A DNA stretch of 64,000 nt from Candidatus Saccharimonadota bacterium (GTDB taxonomy: Bacteria > Patescibacteriota > Saccharimonadia > Saccharimonadales > Saccharimonadaceae). Shown in pieces: positions 8,944 to 18,708 of the stretch. The notes beneath the pieces were generated by a model. The model worked only from the letters and a program-made list of their open reading frames with translations, was not told the origin of the DNA and made no database searches. Position 1 is the first letter of the stretch. Every line of letters starts with the position of its first letter. The translations under genes and the position numbers were made by a program. The DNA is taken from contig JBAXBX010000002.1 in the NCBI GenBank assembly GCA_037141755.1, forward strand, positions 28,915 to 92,914, written 5' to 3'.

Positions 8944-9618
8944 ATGCAAGAAATCAATTTATATCATCTATTAAAATTCTATATCAGTAAATGGAAGCTT
9001 GTTTTAGCATTAACAATCGCTGGTTTGGCTGTTGGCCTTTGTTATAACGTATTTATTCAAGTGCCAATGTATAAAAGTAGCGCCACGCTGATTTTAATCA
9101 ATCCAGTTGATAAAACTGCCGCTACTGACGTCACACTTATCAATAACTATATCGAGTTATTTAAATCTCGTCGCGTGCTAGAACCAGTTGTTGCTGGTCA
9201 CAAACTTAACATGACATATGACGACTTAGTAAGCTCAACGAACGTGGTGAATACTAAAAGCACGGCCGTTATTGACGTATCGATTACCTCTAAAGATTCG
9301 TTAACCAGCCAATCATTAGTTGATAGTGCGGTTGCGTCATTCAAATCCCAGTCTAAATTGTTGTATTCTGACGACAACATCCAGGTAGTTGATAATGCCA
9401 GCCTTGAAACCAAGCCATACAATGTCAATCAAGTAATGCAGTTGGCCTTGTCAACAGCTGTTGGCTTCATTATATCTGTAATTGCATTATTCTTTGCCTA
9501 CGACTATAAACAAAACAAAAAAACCGTAACTAAGAAAGCTCAGCCTGCGTCAACTAAAAAAGTGGCTAAGGTTAGCCTTAAAAAGGCTGCATCAAAAAAA
9601 GTTGCTAAAAAGAAATAA
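8944..9618 (+). CDS. Wzz/YveK-type polysaccharide chain-length determinant protein
   Basis: N-terminal Wzz-like segment with a TM helix (KWKLVLALTIAGLAVG...YKSSATLIL), a second TM helix near the C-terminus, and a Lys-rich tail. Confidence 0.75.
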   Translation: MQEINLYHLLKFYISKWKLVLALTIAGLAVGLCYNVFIQVPMYKSSATLILINPVDKTAATDVTLINNYIELFKSRRVLEPVVAGHKLNMTYDDLVSSTNVVNTKSTAVIDVSITSKDSLTSQSLVDSAVASFKSQSKLLYSDDNIQVVDNASLETKPYNVNQVMQLALSTAVGFIISVIALFFAYDYKQNKKTVTKKAQPASTKKVAKVSLKKAASKKVAKKK

Positions 9619-9640
9619 ATTAAGCAAGGAGTACTGGTGT

Positions 9641-10372
9641 ATGTATCAAAAATTTATCAAACGCCCGCTAGATACTGCATTTGCACTTGTTATCTTTTTG
9701 GTGACATTACCAGTCGGTATTGTCATTGCTGTGATTATTAAACTAGAGAGTAAAGGTCCAGTATTTTTCAGGCAACAGCGTATTGGTATGAACATCCGAA
9801 CGTTTACTATATATAAATTTCGTACAATGCGGACTGATGCACCAAAATTACCACCTAATAAATTCAAAGATGTTAACAAATATATCACCAAATCAGGCGC
9901 AATTTTGCGCAAAACGTCACTGGATGAATTGCCTCAACTTTTTAATGTTCTAAATGGTGACATGTCAATTGTTGGTCCACGACCTGGTGCCGCCCAAAAC
10001 GAAGACGAATTAATTGTCGAACGTCAAAAATACGGTGTATTCGATGTACGTCCAGGTATTACTGGCTGGGCACAAGTCAATGGACGTGACGAACTGGCGG
10101 CCAGTGTACCGCACAAGGTAGCCTATGACGCTGAATATGTAGAAAATTTAAGCCTTATTATGGATTTAAAGTGTCTATACAAAACTATTCTGACCGTATT
10201 AAAGAGTGACGGCTATAACGAAGGTATCGTTAGCGACGCAATTAAACAGCCACGAATTGCAGTTAATCAGCAGCCTATGTTTTATGCTGAACTTCCTTCG
10301 CAAGCAGGTAAAAATAGTAAACGTTCAGTAGTGCGCCACCAGAATATTACTAAGTCAGAAAAGAATAACTAG
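9641..10372 (+). CDS. initiating sugar-phosphate transferase (bacterial sugar transferase family)
   Basis: DELPQLFNVLNGDMSIVGPRP and GITGWAQVNGR motifs. I prefer the ATG at 9641 (AAGGAG RBS at 9626-9631) over the track's TTG at 9602. Confidence 0.85.
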   Translation: MYQKFIKRPLDTAFALVIFLVTLPVGIVIAVIIKLESKGPVFFRQQRIGMNIRTFTIYKFRTMRTDAPKLPPNKFKDVNKYITKSGAILRKTSLDELPQLFNVLNGDMSIVGPRPGAAQNEDELIVERQKYGVFDVRPGITGWAQVNGRDELAASVPHKVAYDAEYVENLSLIMDLKCLYKTILTVLKSDGYNEGIVSDAIKQPRIAVNQQPMFYAELPSQAGKNSKRSVVRHQNITKSEKNN

Positions 10373-10380
10373 GTCAAATC

Positions 10381-11508
10381 GTGAAAAAAGTATTATTCAC
10401 AGCCACCGTTGATTCGCACATACTGGCATTTCATACGCCTTTTTTGAAGTACTTCAAGGAGAATGGCTATGAAGTTCACGTTGCGACAAACGGCACTGAA
10501 AATATACCTTATTGTGACAAAAAGCACGTTATTTCTTTCGAGCGTAGTCCATTTAAATTAAATAACCTTAGGGCAATCAGACAATTAAAAAAAGTTGTTG
10601 ACGCGGAACATTACGATATTATTCATACGCACACGCCAATGGGGGGGGTGGTAACTCGATTGGCGGCAATTGCGGCGCGTAAAAAAGGCACGCGAGTTAT
10701 CTATACAGCGCACGGATTTCACTTTTTTAAGGGCGCACCACTGATTAATTGGCTGACATATTATCCTATCGAAAAGTTAATGTCCAAATATACAGACACA
10801 TTGATAACTATCAATAACGAAGATTACGAACGCGCTAAAAGCAAATTCAAAACTGACATTCAATACGTCCCTGGTGTTGGTATCGACCCAAAAAAGTTCG
10901 ACTTCAAAATGTCAAAATCGCAAAAGTCAGAATTAAGACAATCTCTTGGGTTAGCTGATGATGATTTCGTCATGATTTATCCGGCCGAATTAAACAAGAA
11001 TAAAAATCAATTATGGTTAATTAAATCTATTGCAGATTTAATAAAAAATAACTCAAAAATACACTTATTACTACCAGGTGTCGACAGCCTAAACGGTAAA
11101 TGCCAAAAACTAGCAATAAAACTAGGTATTGATAAAAATATTCACTTTTTGGGATACAGAAAAGACATCCCTCAATTGCTAAAAATAGCAGATTTATCGG
11201 TCTCATCATCGTTGCGAGAGGGGTTGCCTGTGAATATCATGGAGGCGGCTTATCTAGGCCTGCCTATTATTGCGACTAATTGTCGAGGTAATCGAGACAT
11301 AGTTGCAGATACTAATAACGGAAAACTATATGACATAAATGATTCAGATAAAATTATTAATGAAGTTTTTGTTGTTTATAGTAGCATACGGCACCCCTAC
11401 GGTAATATTGCCGTAACGCCTCAAAAAAACAACATATATTCTCTATATATGATTATCTATAGGATGTCGGAAGTATATGATCATAGTGTGCGTGAGGCTA
11501 ATATATAA
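10381..11508 (+). CDS. glycosyltransferase family 4 (GT-B fold)
   Basis: REGLPVNIMEAAYLGLPIIAT (E-x7-E region). The N-terminal domain resembles Glyco_trans_4. Confidence 0.85.
   Translation: MKKVLFTATVDSHILAFHTPFLKYFKENGYEVHVATNGTENIPYCDKKHVISFERSPFKLNNLRAIRQLKKVVDAEHYDIIHTHTPMGGVVTRLAAIAARKKGTRVIYTAHGFHFFKGAPLINWLTYYPIEKLMSKYTDTLITINNEDYERAKSKFKTDIQYVPGVGIDPKKFDFKMSKSQKSELRQSLGLADDDFVMIYPAELNKNKNQLWLIKSIADLIKNNSKIHLLLPGVDSLNGKCQKLAIKLGIDKNIHFLGYRKDIPQLLKIADLSVSSSLREGLPVNIMEAAYLGLPIIATNCRGNRDIVADTNNGKLYDINDSDKIINEVFVVYSSIRHPYGNIAVTPQKNNIYSLYMIIYRMSEVYDHSVREANI
10641..10648 (+). repeat. G8 homopolymer inside the GT4 coding sequence
   Basis: atg ggg ggg gtg encodes M-G-G-V. It is one of only two G/C runs of 8 or more that I saw in the window. 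Confidence 0.9.
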
Positions 11509-12962
11509 TGAAGTCAAAATGGATAATATTTTTCATAACTTACATCTTTATCTTTTTTTCTATATTTACTTTAAGTTTTATAAATTATGATATTTACAAC
11601 ATTAACAAAGTCTGTATATATTGGGGATTAATAATTGTTAGTCAGCTCATTTTATTTTTTATACTATATTATTCAAAACACAAGACGCTAAATAACCCCT
11701 TTATATATTTCGTAATTACTGCATTTGTGTGTTGGTTTGGCCAAATAATGGTCGTGCTTTTCAATCTAAACCATGATACAACACTTATAATCAATACTTT
11801 TAATTCTAGTGAGCTATACGCAACACTGCAATATAGTACAATCTGCTTCTTCACTCTGTGTATTGCTGGGCTTTTGTTCTCCGGAAAAAATAGCTACAGT
11901 AATTTTACGACGGGTATTAGTGACAAAATATTTAAAAAGAGTATGAATCTAGTAGGCATGTCTTTATCTTTTATTGGCATTTACGGCTATTTCTCGGAAA
12001 AATTTACAAGCATAGCATCGTCTTTTAATACTGGTTATTCTTCAATGTATCAGAATAACGCAAATGCCTTAGACGCTATATCAAATAGTACAGATAATGT
12101 TATTTCAAATTTTAGCATGTTTTTTATACCAGGAATCGTAATTCTATTTATTGCAAATAAGGACAATAAAACAATTAGAAGAATTATTGTTTCGGTGCTT
12201 CTTTCTTCTGTTTTAATGTCATTTATAGCAGGCGGACGAGCTGAAGCGCTGGCGATTATTATTGGGCTATTTTGGATATATTCTAGCGAGATCAAGAAGA
12301 TTGACTTAAAAGTGATTATTTGGTTGATAATCATAGCGATATTCATTCTAAAACTAATTACAGCCATAGCGCAATTTAGAATTATGCCAGACAGGAGTCT
12401 GAGTGTATTTATAGACATATTTTTTTCAAACAGTAATAGTTTTGGAAATTCACTTGGCAATATGATGGGGGAGTTTGGCTTTAATATTTTTTCTTTACAT
12501 GAGACTATGAATCTCATACCGGCGACACAAGACTATTCATTGGGCTACACATACTTTGCTTCAGTCATGGCTGTTATACCTAGTTTCTTATTTGGTGGAT
12601 ATTCATTTTCAAGCGCAGCAGGTCTACCAAGCTGGCTAATGAATAAATTACACATGGACTACGGCCCAGGCTATTCTATTGTTGCAGAATCATATTATAA
12701 TTTCGGCTGGATCGGTATTATATCAATGTTCATTATTGGTATCATTTTAGTAAAAATGTTGTCCAATGACAAAACTAACGATGATTATAAAAGTCTTCGT
12801 AATGGCCTTATAGCCATTATTATATATTCCAACCTATTTATTGCTAGGGGCACGTTTTTATTGATCTTTAGGAAATATTTTTACACAGTACTAATACCCA
12901 CTATGTTAATTATGTTTGCGTATGAAATGTATAGACGAAGAGGTCGAAATCTAAATGCGTAG
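11508..12962 (+). CDS. polytopic membrane protein, probable O-antigen/EPS polymerase (Wzy-like)
   Basis: About 12 predicted TM segments, very AT-rich, and located between glycosyltransferases and the flippase. Confidence 0.55.
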   Translation: MKSKWIIFFITYIFIFFSIFTLSFINYDIYNINKVCIYWGLIIVSQLILFFILYYSKHKTLNNPFIYFVITAFVCWFGQIMVVLFNLNHDTTLIINTFNSSELYATLQYSTICFFTLCIAGLLFSGKNSYSNFTTGISDKIFKKSMNLVGMSLSFIGIYGYFSEKFTSIASSFNTGYSSMYQNNANALDAISNSTDNVISNFSMFFIPGIVILFIANKDNKTIRRIIVSVLLSSVLMSFIAGGRAEALAIIIGLFWIYSSEIKKIDLKVIIWLIIIAIFILKLITAIAQFRIMPDRSLSVFIDIFFSNSNSFGNSLGNMMGEFGFNIFSLHETMNLIPATQDYSLGYTYFASVMAVIPSFLFGGYSFSSAAGLPSWLMNKLHMDYGPGYSIVAESYYNFGWIGIISMFIIGIILVKMLSNDKTNDDYKSLRNGLIAIIIYSNLFIARGTFLLIFRKYFYTVLIPTMLIMFAYEMYRRRGRNLNA

Positions 12963-14889
12963 TAGGAATCATGATATTTCGATTGTTATGTCTGAGTATA
13001 ATACAAACGAAACATATTTGCGTCAATCCATAATTAGTATATTAAACCAAACTTTTGTAGACTTTGAGCTCATAATCGTCGACGATTGCGGATCTAATGA
13101 TGTCGCAAAAATCGTTGCAGAATTTAATGACGACAGAATTATAATTGTTAAAAATTCAAATAATATGGGTCTATCCTACTCATTAAATAATGGCATTAAA
13201 CACGCTCGAGGCAAATACATCGTCAGAATGGATACCGACGATATTGCCATGCCTGCCAGAATCAAAGAAATTTACAATTTTATTATCTCTCATCCGGAAT
13301 ATGACGTTGTTGGATCTAGAGCTGTAGAGTTCTCAGATAATGAAACAGGCGGAATACTTGGCAAAAGTGGCGAAAAAACAAAAAAATCAATAATGCACGG
13401 TGACACAATGATACACCCTAGCGTTATAATGAAAAAAAGTGTTATAGAAGCAGTTGGTTATTACACACACTATAAAAGAGCTGAAGACTTAGCTCTATGG
13501 TGTGAGCTACTACTTCGTGGAAATAGACTATACATTATCGACAATGTACTTTTGCAGTATCGTGTAAATCTGAGCGATTACAGCAAAAGGAAGTTAAAAA
13601 CTCGGAAAGATGATATCAGGATTAGGCTCAACTATTATTATAAGATGAGGGCTAATCTATTTGACTATATGTATATATTAAAAGGCATTATCTCTGCAAT
13701 CTTGCCAGTAAGGGTCGTAAGAAAATATAGAAATATATTCGTATTGAAACAATACAAAAAACAGGCACGTAAGTCACCTAACGACGGTATTATTATTTTG
13801 CATATCGTTGGCAGCATGAATAGAGGCGGCGCTGAAACATTTTTGATGAATGTGCTGCGGAATATAAACAAAAATAAGTTTAAGTTTGTTTTCTTATGCT
13901 ACGGCGACACCAAATTCGATTACGAGAATGAGATTATCGATCTTGGCGGAAAGATTATAAGAACTGACGACGTAAAAGAAGTTGGTATATTAAAACATAT
14001 AAAAAATATTCAACAAATTATCCAAGACGAAAAAATTGACATTGTTCATACGCACACCTGTCGCAATTCTATGTTTTCGCTGATTGCAGCTAAACGATGT
14101 CGAGTTAATACACGAATTGCTCATTCACATAACACCAGGACAAGCCAAGGCGAAAATCTAATAAAGAAGATGTACTTTATTTTCGCAAAATACATTATCA
14201 ACAAATATTCGACTAAGTATCTTGCTTGTGGCGAGCAAGCTGGCAAAGCATTATTTTATCCAAAAAATACGTTTACCGTTATAGATAATGGCATCAATTT
14301 AGATGATTTTTATTATAATGACGGTGTTCGTCAGGACATAAGGAGAAAATTAAACATTTCGAATGATACTGTCGTGATTGGACATGTGGGTAGAATCGAT
14401 AAAAATAAAAATCAAAATTTTGTAATCGATACATTTTTCGAATATTTAAAATTACAGCCTAAATCTAAACTTATTTTAGTAGGCGATGGAATTTTAAGAA
14501 GTCAAATTGAAAACAAAGTACGCAAACTAGGAATACAAAAAAATGTATTGTTTTTAGGAAACCGATCTGACGTAAACAAACTATATAATGCATTTGATAT
14601 CTTTATATTCCCATCGATACGCGAAGGTCTGCCAGTGACATTAGTTGAAGCGCAGACAAATGGATTAACTTGTCTAATTAGCGATTCAATTGACGAATCA
14701 GTAGAATTGACTGATTGTATTACCTTTTTTTCACAAAATAATAATTCGCAACAGTGGGCAAACCAGTTAAACAAATTAGACATTAAAAGAAAAGACACGA
14801 AAAAAATATTAAGTCACAGCCAATATAATATGTCCAAAAATATACGAAAAATTGAGTCGCTATATGCTAGCGCGCTGGAAGGTAATTAA
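12955..14889 (+). CDS. fused two-domain glycosyltransferase (N-terminal GT2 plus C-terminal GT4)
   Basis: GT2 motifs are ISIVMSEYNT, VDDCGSND and RMDTDD. The GT4 part has REGLPVTLVEAQTNGL. Confidence 0.8.
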   Translation: MRSRNHDISIVMSEYNTNETYLRQSIISILNQTFVDFELIIVDDCGSNDVAKIVAEFNDDRIIIVKNSNNMGLSYSLNNGIKHARGKYIVRMDTDDIAMPARIKEIYNFIISHPEYDVVGSRAVEFSDNETGGILGKSGEKTKKSIMHGDTMIHPSVIMKKSVIEAVGYYTHYKRAEDLALWCELLLRGNRLYIIDNVLLQYRVNLSDYSKRKLKTRKDDIRIRLNYYYKMRANLFDYMYILKGIISAILPVRVVRKYRNIFVLKQYKKQARKSPNDGIIILHIVGSMNRGGAETFLMNVLRNINKNKFKFVFLCYGDTKFDYENEIIDLGGKIIRTDDVKEVGILKHIKNIQQIIQDEKIDIVHTHTCRNSMFSLIAAKRCRVNTRIAHSHNTRTSQGENLIKKMYFIFAKYIINKYSTKYLACGEQAGKALFYPKNTFTVIDNGINLDDFYYNDGVRQDIRRKLNISNDTVVIGHVGRIDKNKNQNFVIDTFFEYLKLQPKSKLILVGDGILRSQIENKVRKLGIQKNVLFLGNRSDVNKLYNAFDIFIFPSIREGLPVTLVEAQTNGLTCLISDSIDESVELTDCITFFSQNNNSQQWANQLNKLDIKRKDTKKILSHSQYNMSKNIRKIESLYASALEGN

Positions 14890-14890
14890 T

Positions 14891-16345
14891 ATGAGCAATA
14901 AAATAGAATTACTGAAAAATACATTTATTCTTGCCACGGGCAAGTTGTCAGCCCAACTAATATCATTTCTACTTCTTCCTATTTATACAGCATTTTTATC
15001 GCCTAGTGAATACGGCGTATTAGATTTAACAATCATATATATGGCACTACTAGTCCCAATCATTACCATACAACTTGAAATGGCATCATTCCGATTCTTG
15101 ATTGAAAACAGAAAAAATAAAGTCCACCAGCAACAAATTATATCAAACGTCATACAAACAGTAACGTTGATATTGGTAATATTTATAGTAATATACGCTA
15201 TTTTCTATAACTATATCAACATTAGATACGCAAATTTAATCCTACTAAACGTCTGTTTAACTGCATATTCCAATCTATTTTTACAATTTGCACGTGGTTT
15301 TGGTGACAATAAAAGGTTTTCTATTGCCAGCGTTATTATAGGGTTCACCACACTTACTACTACGATTGGTTTAGCAATCTATGGTAATCTCGACGTTCAA
15401 GGTATTTTATTGTCACTGGCGTTCGCTAACTTTTTGTGTATTATATACCTGATTTTTTCACTAAAACTTTACAAATATATTAATATATCCAGCTCAAATA
15501 AAGACACTAAACAAAAGTTATTAAAATATTCGTATCCTTTAGTCCCAAGCGCTATATCTTGGTGGATAGTCAGTGTATCCGACAGAACAATAATTTCAAT
15601 TTTTCTTGGCATAGCAGCGAACGGTATTTATGCAATCGCAAATAAATACGCAACCATATTTAACGCTATATTTGCTATATTTAATATGTCATGGATAGAG
15701 TCTGCATCAATTCACATAGACGATCACAACAGAGATAACTTTTTTTCCGAAACAGCCAATGCAAATATTAAAGTGTTCGGATCACTCGGCTTGTTATTAA
15801 TAGCGTACATACCATTAGTGTTTACAGACCTAGTAAATAGACAATACAATGAAGCCTATTTATATATCCCCATCCTGACTGTCGCCGCATTCTTTAACGC
15901 CTTAGCTGGCTTCTACAGTGCAATTTACATAGCAAAAAAACTAAGCAAGCAGGTTGCTAATATATCTATTGTTGCTGCAATTATTAATATTATTATAAAC
16001 TTAATTTTTATTCAGTATATTGGCATATACGCTGCAGCATTATCAACAGTAATTGCATATCTGGCCGTATCAATCCATCGCCATTACGACATAAAAAAAT
16101 ATGTAAGCATTACTTATGAAAAAGGCATATTTATCAATATGGCAATATTATACGCTTTCGCGATTATCCTGTATTACTACAATAACGTCATCGGAAATGT
16201 GTTAAATGCTGTCATTATTACTATCATTGCAATAGTTTTAAACAAATCGGTCATAAAAGTCATCAAAGACAAAGTACTTAGCGTTAGCAACCGTAAACGT
16301 TCAAAACTAATAATCGAACAAGATCTATATGAAAATTCAATATAA
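14891..16345 (+). CDS. wzx: polysaccharide flippase (Wzx, MOP superfamily)
   Basis: About 12-14 TM helices and an N-terminal LLKNTFILATGKLSAQLISFLLLPIYT typical of polysaccharide biosynthesis (PST) proteins. The ATG at 14891 avoids overlap with the upstream gene. Confidence 0.75.
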   Translation: MSNKIELLKNTFILATGKLSAQLISFLLLPIYTAFLSPSEYGVLDLTIIYMALLVPIITIQLEMASFRFLIENRKNKVHQQQIISNVIQTVTLILVIFIVIYAIFYNYINIRYANLILLNVCLTAYSNLFLQFARGFGDNKRFSIASVIIGFTTLTTTIGLAIYGNLDVQGILLSLAFANFLCIIYLIFSLKLYKYINISSSNKDTKQKLLKYSYPLVPSAISWWIVSVSDRTIISIFLGIAANGIYAIANKYATIFNAIFAIFNMSWIESASIHIDDHNRDNFFSETANANIKVFGSLGLLLIAYIPLVFTDLVNRQYNEAYLYIPILTVAAFFNALAGFYSAIYIAKKLSKQVANISIVAAIINIIINLIFIQYIGIYAAALSTVIAYLAVSIHRHYDIKKYVSITYEKGIFINMAILYAFAIILYYYNNVIGNVLNAVIITIIAIVLNKSVIKVIKDKVLSVSNRKRSKLIIEQDLYENSI

Positions 16346-16781
16346 AAACCTGCTATTAATCACCTGGATGATACTAATCTTCCTATTTTCAAACGAAGTT
16401 GCAACCACATCATCCACGCGCAGTGCCGTTATTGTTAACGATATTATCAATACTTTGCATGTTAGTTTGTCCGAAGATATACTGACTTTTTTAACCCGCA
16501 AAGCAGCACATATTTTTCTTTATTTGGTGCTGGGTGTATTAATGTATAACGTCGTAAAGGAATATGGCTTCACAACCAAAAAGGCGATGTTGTTGAGTAT
16601 TTTATTTTCATTATCATATGCCGGTTTCGATGAAACTCATCAATTATTTATATCGGGTCGCAGCGGACAGGTGAGTGATGTGATGATTGATACAACCGCT
16701 AGTGCTGTTGGAGTTGCGGTATATTATTATTTACATAAATTACGCCATAATCTTATAGCTGTTAAGTTGGGTGATGAGTAA
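16329..16781 (+). CDS. VanZ family membrane protein
   Basis: Four TM helices and the DETHQLFISGRSGQVSDVMIDT motif. Confidence 0.7.
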   Translation: MKIQYKNLLLITWMILIFLFSNEVATTSSTRSAVIVNDIINTLHVSLSEDILTFLTRKAAHIFLYLVLGVLMYNVVKEYGFTTKKAMLLSILFSLSYAGFDETHQLFISGRSGQVSDVMIDTTASAVGVAVYYYLHKLRHNLIAVKLGDE

Positions 16782-18189
16782 TATGCTGAATGCTAAACCA
16801 TTAAAAATTATCAGTAAAGTAATCGCCATTATCGCAGTCGTCAGTTATATTGTAGCGGTTTATTTGGTTGTTGATGCTAGGCTGATTCCAGTTAAATATT
16901 TAGCAATCATCATATTAATTACAAGTTTGCTAATTATATGGCTGCTGTTTTTAACCTTTAAAAATAAGCTGTCGTCCAGGGGCGTAATTGCAGCGACTTT
17001 GACATCAACACTAATTATTTTGGCCAATGTCTATGTTATATCGACCAGTATTAGTACAAATATTTTTTTAAACAGCATTCAAGAAGCCAAATACACTCAG
17101 CAGGAATATAGTATTATCGCCAAAACCGATCAGGTTATTAACTTGGACTCTGGTGTCAATCGAATAGGGATTATCAACACTGACGTTAATAATGATTTAG
17201 TCAGGTCCGAGGTCAATAAACAGACCAAAGTTAGCTATGTAAAGTATGATAATATCAGTGGCATAACAGCCGCCTTGGATGATAAATCAGTCAATATGGC
17301 GGTCATCAAAAGCTCATATTTGCAATTGCTAAGTGAAAACTATGATTCTTTTTATCAGACCATCAAAGTAATTGGCAGACTGAATATCAAAGTCAAAAAA
17401 GACACAATTGTCACAAAATCAGATGTATCAAAACCATTTGTTTTGTATATCAGCGGCATTGATACTTATGGTGACGTATCGACGGTGTCACGTAGTGACG
17501 TTAATATTATGGTCGGTGTTAACCCGCAAACGCATAAAATTTTGTTGGTAAATACGCCTAGGGATTATTATGTTCAGCTGCATGGCACGACTGGCGTTCG
17601 CGACAAACTGACTCATGCTGGTATTTACGGTATCGATATGTCGGTTCAGACTATGGCGGATTTGTACTCTGTGCCAATTAATTATTATCTGCGTATTAAT
17701 TTTTCGTCACTAACTAATATCGTTGATGTACTGGGCGACGTTGACGTCATTTCGGAATATAATTTTTTGGCTGATGATAATCAGTATGTAGTTGGCGTTA
17801 ATCATTTAAATGGCAGTCAGGCGTTGAGCTTTGCGCGCGAGCGACATTCATTTGAGGCTGGTGATCGAACCAGGGGACAGAATCAACAACGTGTCATCGA
17901 AGCGATTATTGCCAAGATGAATAATCCTAATACGTTGGTTAAATACCAGCAAATCCTGGCATCACTGCAACGGACAATTCAAACCGACATGGATTCGGAC
18001 AGTATAACTACATTAATCAAAAACCAACTGGATAATATGATTAAATGGAGCGTCGAATCAATCAGTGTGACTGGCGTGGACAGCCATAATGTAACCTACA
18101 GCATGGGTAATTTGCCGCTTTACGTGATGGAACCAGACGCAGATTCATTAAACGCTGCTAAAACCAAGATTCAACAATACATAAAATAA
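16771..18189 (+). CDS. LytR-CpsA-Psr (LCP) family glycopolymer transferase
   Basis: N-terminal TM helices. The LCP core reads YISGIDTYGD...RSDVNIMVGVNPQT...NTPRD...GSQALSFARERH. Confidence 0.8.
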   Translation: MMSNMLNAKPLKIISKVIAIIAVVSYIVAVYLVVDARLIPVKYLAIIILITSLLIIWLLFLTFKNKLSSRGVIAATLTSTLIILANVYVISTSISTNIFLNSIQEAKYTQQEYSIIAKTDQVINLDSGVNRIGIINTDVNNDLVRSEVNKQTKVSYVKYDNISGITAALDDKSVNMAVIKSSYLQLLSENYDSFYQTIKVIGRLNIKVKKDTIVTKSDVSKPFVLYISGIDTYGDVSTVSRSDVNIMVGVNPQTHKILLVNTPRDYYVQLHGTTGVRDKLTHAGIYGIDMSVQTMADLYSVPINYYLRINFSSLTNIVDVLGDVDVISEYNFLADDNQYVVGVNHLNGSQALSFARERHSFEAGDRTRGQNQQRVIEAIIAKMNNPNTLVKYQQILASLQRTIQTDMDSDSITTLIKNQLDNMIKWSVESISVTGVDSHNVTYSMGNLPLYVMEPDADSLNAAKTKIQQYIK

Positions 18190-18255
18190 AAGTAGGGGAC
18201 GGTTCCTAAAAGTGATATCCGATATATGCTAACGCATCAATGGTATAATAATATT

Positions 18256-18372
18256 ATGAACAAAGCACAAATAGATAAACTCACAGAAAAGCAAAAAATA
18301 ACTGTTGAAAAAGCAGTTAAATTGACTGTGAAAAAATATCGAAAAACTTTGATTAGGCTTGCCTCTACTTAA
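18256..18372 (+). CDS. possible 38-aa basic mini-protein (not in the ORF track)
   Basis: ATG lies 6 nt after TATAAT (18244-18249). It translates to MNKAQIDKLTEKQKITVEKAVKLTVKKYRKTLIRLAST. There is no other support. Confidence 0.25.
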   Translation: MNKAQIDKLTEKQKITVEKAVKLTVKKYRKTLIRLAST

Positions 18373-18414
18373 AATGGTTTCCATAAACATTTAATTGTTT
18401 GTTATAATAGAACC

Positions 18415-18660
18415 ATGAGCACTGATGAATTTACAAGATTATTCAATTACATGACTGAACGTTTTGATAAGATTGATAAAATATTAGAGACCAAAGCCGA
18501 TTCTGATGATCTTCAAAGAGCTTTAGGCCTGCTGGATGCATTGGCCAAGCGCCAAGAAATATCCGATGATGAGCGACTTGTCATGGGACACCAACTTACG
18601 CGTTTACATGATTGGGTTGAAGAAGCTGCCAAACGTATTGATTTGAAATTTGTTCATTAG
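18415..18660 (+). CDS. hypothetical 81-aa helical protein
   Basis: ATG lies 6 nt after TATAAT (18403-18408). I recognise no family. Confidence 0.45.
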   Translation: MSTDEFTRLFNYMTERFDKIDKILETKADSDDLQRALGLLDALAKRQEISDDERLVMGHQLTRLHDWVEEAAKRIDLKFVH

Positions 18661-18708
18661 TGGCTCGCTTTTCATACATAAGTGTTTTATATTAGTATCA
18701 TCGTGAAG

